A stretch of 64,000 bases of DNA from Squalus acanthias (taxonomy: Eukaryota): positions 98,830,001 to 98,894,000 of the forward strand of contig CM059432.1 in NCBI GenBank assembly GCA_030390025.1, given 5' to 3'. Below the pieces are notes generated by a model. It made no database searches, was not told the origin of the DNA, and saw only the letters and a program-made list of their open reading frames with translations. How positions within the stretch are numbered: position 1 is the first letter of the stretch; the number at the start of each line of letters is the position of its first letter. This document shows positions 59,076 to 64,000 of this stretch, one piece after another. A program made the position numbers and the translations under genes.

Positions 59076-60148
59076 ATGGGGCTCTACATCCATTTGCCCT
59101 CGCGCTGCAGCATGACAGGGAGATGGAACATAGGCAGCAAAGAAGACAAGCTGCTCGCAGAGGGAGGAGGCAGGAGGAAGGAGGGCTCTCAGCAGGAGAC
59201 CCACCTCGGGTCTTCAGGGAGCAACTCTCCTACCTGCACCTAAGGCAAGAGCAGTGTGTTCAGCAGCTCCACTTCAACAAGGTGACTATGGCCCTGAGTT
59301 TTTTCGCCATCAGAGCCTTCCAGGCTGGAACAGGGGACATAGCAAACATCTTGCAGTTCGCCGTCCATCGCTGTATCCCAGAGGTCACAGAGGCTCTGTA
59401 CTCCAGGAGAAGGGACTTCATTGTCTTCTCTTTAAAAAGAGAGAAGCAGGAGGAGTGTGCACGTGGCTTTGCCAGGATATCGGGCTTTTCCATGGTGCAG
59501 GGTCCCATCCACTGTACACACGTGGCTTTGCGGGTGCCGCATATCAATACTGAGATGTACTGTAACCATAAAGGGTAACACTTAATGCACAGTTGGTGTG
59601 CGACCACACCCATCACATCATGATGGTGAATGCTGGCAGCAGTCATGATGCCTTCATCATGCGCCAGTCCGCTGTGCCAGCAATCTTCCAGCCACCATGT
59701 TGAACCTGAGGGTGGCTGCTCGGCAACAAGGGCTATCCGCTCTACATGTAGCTGATGACTCCGCTCCAAAACCCCACCACTTCTGGCCAGCAATGATATA
59801 ATGACAGCCATGCTGCCACAAGGAACTTCATCAAAGGAGACCATTGGGGAGCTCGAAACAATGGCTCCGCTGTATGGGCCACTCCGGAAGAGCTCTCTAG
59901 TACTCACCGGAGCGAGTGTCCCAATTCGTGGCGGTCTGCTCCATCCTCCACAACTTGGCCATCATGAGAGCGCAGCTCTTGCCACCATGGGTTCCCCGAC
60001 CACATCAGAGGAGGAGAAAGAGGAAAAGAAGGAAGAAGAGGAAGAGTAGGAAGAAGAGGAGGAGGAGGAGGAAGGGAGGAAGCAGACTGCAAATCCCCAT
60101 TCCGGATGGGCTTTCCATGAATGCCTCATTAGACTCCGATTCCAGTGA
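59076..60148 (+). pseudogene. Harbinger transposase pseudogene
   Basis: CARGFARISGFSMVQGPIHCTHVALR and ILHNLAIMRAQ motifs with stops, frameshifts and deletions; ends LIRLRFQ*. Confidence 0.9.
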
Positions 60149-60301
60149 ATGAAACCCCAGATGCCTGTTGCTCACCACTTCCCCATCATACCATCCCTCT
60201 GTCACGGAACATCACAGCATCCTCATGGGAGCCACCACAAAACACACATTCCAAACAAAAATCATAAATTTATCCGAATCCAATCAACATTACAATATCA
60301 A

Positions 60302-62215
60302 CTAATCACTCTTGTGCAATCCCTTAGTGCCTGTCGTTCGTGTGCCTTTACCAACTCTGGTGCTCCTATGCAGTGCTCCCCCAGTGGCTGCAGCATGGCT
60401 GGTGGAAAGCTGCTGACTTTCAATGGGGGAAACTACAGATGGCCTTGCACAACGACCTAGACCAGCTGTGGACCTAGAAGGCCCGACTGTAGACTGCACC
60501 ACCTTGGCGTGGGCAGCAGCAGTCTGGGCTGGCTGGCTGACAGACAGCGGCAAGGGCACTGGCGGATTGGCAGTGGTGGGAGTAGGAATGCTGTCATCCT
60601 GAGAGAGGACAGCAGGTTCTTGCTCCACAGACCCATTGCCATTCCCCCGGGGCAGCGCCTCAGCATTCCTAGCCATCTGTTGGAGGACAGATTGCTGGGC
60701 TGCTGCAATACCCTGCAAGCCGCTTTCTAGACCATAAACCCAGCGACGATGGCAGCAGTCTGAGGTTAGGGCAGCAAGCTCAGCCTGCAGGAAAGCAGTC
60801 TGCGCTTCCATTACAGCATTGAGATGTTGGGTCACTTCTGCCTGTACTGCAAATGAAGTTACAACATCACCCACCACACGCAGCATCATGGCTGGGTCCA
60901 CAAGGTCTCTCCTGGAGTTGTCCATCATTTCCATCCTGGAAATCATGGGCTCCAAGCTCTGTGCAAAGCCCCATGCAAATTTGGAGCTGGACTCCTCCAT
61001 GGTCCTTGACTTTGACAAGAGTCTCTCTGACAGTCTTGCCATTGCACCTAGCATTTTGCTGTATAGGCACATTACCCATCTTCCGAAGGCTGCCCCATCG
61101 AGGTCATCATCTGAGTCCTGTGCAGCAGAACTCGTGCACGAACTCGCCCTCCAGGGAACTGGCCCCCGAGCTATCCATTCCCCTGCCCTTTCTGCAGCCT
61201 ACTCGTGCCCGTTGCCTCACCGTGTGCAGATCCCACCTCTATACTACCCTCTAAATTCCGAGTATGTTCCATTTTCTGACCTGGTGTCTGTGAGTGTCAG
61301 ATGCAGTGACAATGTGTCGTCTTCTTCTCCTGCATCACTCTCCTCCACAAATTCAGGGACAGGCTGTGCTGGTGACATTTCTTGGGTATCTGAAAGCAGA
61401 AAGGCACAGGGATCAGGTTGTGGTGTGGGAAGGGGGGGGAAGCAAGCACCATCAGCAGCTTGTAAGTGCGAAGAGATTGTGGGATGAGGGGGAAGTGGGA
61501 TGTGAGAAGAAGGATTAGGTATGACCATACCATCGTTATCAGCAACAGCTTCAAATTCTCCCATTGCCACGGCCTCGGTCACTGCCCCTCCAATGATGTC
61601 GAGGGCGGATTCCTCCAGTTCGCTGAGGTTCTGTACAGCGGCTTGGCCGCCTCCCGTCTGCCGCTGCTCCATCTTGTTCTGTGCCACCTTTGCCTGCAAG
61701 AGAAAGGGAAGTGTGTCAGTGACTGTAGTGCAATGTGTTTGGGTGATGTGCCTTCTATAATTGAATAGCTGGCGGTATGTGCAAGGTGTGAGATGTGGGT
61801 GTGAGGGTTGCAGCAGTGGTAATGTTGTGAGGGTGATTTGAGGCTATGACTGTGAGGTATGAGTGGTGATAGGTAGAGATTGTTGGTAGGTGATTGATGG
61901 GGGTGTGCTGCATTGAGCAGTGCGTGAGGCTTGTGGTGCAGATGGTGGGATATGGCATTGCGCAAGCCTTCACTCACCTTGACCTGCCGTGTGAAGTCAT
62001 TAAACATTTTTTAGCACTGGATCCAGGTCCTTGGGACCACACCTGTGACCATGACGGAGTTAGCTATCTCCTCCCAGAGCATTCTGCAAGTGCCCTTGGA
62101 TGGCTTCCTTCCAGCCTGCGGGAACAGTACTGCCTGCCTTCTTTAAATGGCCACAAACAAGGCCTCCAATGCAGCATCCGAGAACCTTTGTGCTTGCTCC
62201 CTAGGTTGCTGAGCC
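60302..62215 (-). pseudogene. Harbinger Myb/SANT-like gene, 3 exons, degenerate
   Basis: FNDFTRQVK|gtgagt (61978); AKVAQNKMEQRQTGGG exon; C-terminal ORF 60302-61072 homologous to 9975-11024. Confidence 0.8.
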
Positions 62216-62595
62216 AAGTCTTCAGCCTGACTGACAATGAGGTGCTGCTGCAACAAAGCAGCTCCACTTTAAGTAGTGCAGAGAGCCCAGATGAAACTGG
62301 CCATTAGACTGCACTCGATATTGGCCCACCTGTTCAGCGCTAAGCCAGTCAGCAGCACGTTTAGCGCTGAGATCAGCGCCCCAATCATTATAATAAGCAG
62401 GCAGCACGAATTTTGCATGTTACCTGGACCACTTTCAACGGACACAGGCAAATAGCGCTTGCCCTTGACACCGCCTGTTTTCGGGCCTAATCCAACTTCT
62501 CGGCCTTTTTATCTCCAAGCTGAGCAACGGGTGGGATGCACATTTGCATTGTGTTTAAAAAGACAATTCACAAAGGAAAATTGGAGGTGTTCAGG

Positions 62596-64000
62596 ATGGA
62601 TGGTGGACACAGCAAGGGTAGCACTCAGACTCAATGACACCTCACTGGAATTACTGCTGGGTGCAGTCAGGAGGGACATACTTTTCCCCAGCAATGGAAG
62701 TAATAAACCTGCGGCTCTCACCAAGAAGGCGTGGTTGGAGGTAGCTGAGGAGGTGAGCAGCAGAAGCGTTCTGCCCGGGTCATAGATGCAATGTAGGAAG
62801 TGGTTTAATGACCTAACCAGGTCAGGAAAAGTGGATACATTTGCTGATTCAACTGCATCCTGTGATTTAAGCACCCCCCCCTGCCCCACCCCTTTCACTC
62901 TGTCTTGCTAAGCGTACCACATCACATCACATCACTCCTCATACCCATTTAAGTTTCAGCAGCACCCAGACTTCACTTTCTATGCAGTTATCCATCCACC
63001 GTTGCCACTCACCCCATTCCTTATGCAATGTGATGCATCTGCCTCATAGTCACCCTTACCGAATGCATTGTATCCATCGGGCAAATACCTCACCTTCACT
63101 TACTCACAGGCCTGTCTTTTTGCCCCTTGTGAGAGAAGAGAGTGCACAGCACAAGGGAGAGGGAACAGACTGGAGGTGCCCCACCACAAATAGTGCAGCT
63201 CACTGATGCAGAGGATGAGATAAGTAACACATTCCATCCCTCTCAGTCAGAAATGGAGAGACAGGGAGCTCGCAGATAGCTGGCGACTGAATTAGAAATA
63301 TCTCTAACCCACATATGCTGACTTTATTTCATCAATGAATGAACTATGAGAAGACTGAGTATGGTGATTGTTAAGATTGTGACTTTGCCACGACTAAATC
63401 ACATCACTTTTTTTTTGTCTTTGAGGGCCTTCACGCATTCAACAAGTGTTGCAGGACATCCATGAGGATGATTCCTCAGAGAACCTCATTCTTTCTGAGG
63501 ATGCACCCTCACAGCATGTACAGCCATGCACCAGCACAAATACTCGCACTTTGGTGGGTTCACTTAGGCAGTTATTTGGGTTTTCACCTGGTGATTCACA
63601 ACTCACAAGTGAGCAGGAGCAGACACTGGTGGCAGGGACAGCTGCGGAGAGTCTGTGTTGGGAGGCAAAATCCTCTCCAACCTCTGCTCAGCTGGACACA
63701 GATGCTAAACTCCCGGGGCCTATCATTGAGAAGGAGAATGCTAGAGGTACATTAGCAATTTTGCGAGGTACTGACAGACGTGCCATGCACACTCTCCACA
63801 ATCGTGGAGAGGGTGGAGGAGTCCAACTCAATCGCTGGTTGGTTGGTGGCGCGGGGAATTGCGAGAATGTCTGAAAGAGTGGCCACCTCCATGGAACTTC
63901 AAGCACAGCTCTCAAATGAGTCCATGCAGGCCATGACCGCAGCCATGCAGAATTTGGATGCCAACTTGTCGGCTGCCTCAAACAGGATGACAGATACCTT
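62596..64000 (+). pseudogene. Myb/SANT-like Harbinger accessory gene of a second family, degenerate, runs off the window end
   Basis: RLNDTSLELLLGAVRRDILFPSNGSNKPAALTKKAWLEVAEEVSSRS...*MQCRKWFNDLTRSGK; homologous to 1-211. Confidence 0.75.

Larger units (their letters stand above)
58690..62508 (+). mobile_element. Degenerate two-gene Harbinger element, left end truncated
   Basis: Same convergent layout as 8061-12244; boundaries approximate. Confidence 0.8.

Noticed and set aside
62459..62830. Host NAIF1/MSANTD gene
   Set aside because: In-frame stop and a dispersed paralogue at 1-211 indicate a transposon-derived copy.

Overview
Vertebrate DNA, most likely from a shark or ray (inferred from the repeat families), made almost entirely of nested transposable elements. 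No intact host protein-coding gene could be supported. Main content: many CR1 and L2 LINE fragments; a cluster of PIF/Harbinger DNA transposons (7025-14659), including a full-length two-gene copy with perfect 16-bp TIRs and a copy whose transposase ORF is open but has a catalytic D->N change; more Harbinger copies at both window ends; a 1.2-kb G-rich minisatellite; three solo LTRs; and a near-identical 19.5-kb tandem duplication (18441-37914 / 37915-57399) joined at a 3-bp microhomology. Inside the duplicated unit are Penelope-type termini carrying minimal hammerhead-ribozyme cores (one as a 242-bp spacer-less palindrome), a DeuSINE, a LINE with a tRNA-like head, and a four-level nest (LINE > solo LTR > MITE > inserts). 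In that nest the same 14-bp site in the MITE's right TIR appears to have been hit twice by poly(A)/AATAAA-ended inserts. This candidate TIR-targeting, site-specific retroelement is the most interesting signal. All family names come from recognition by eye; no database search was run.
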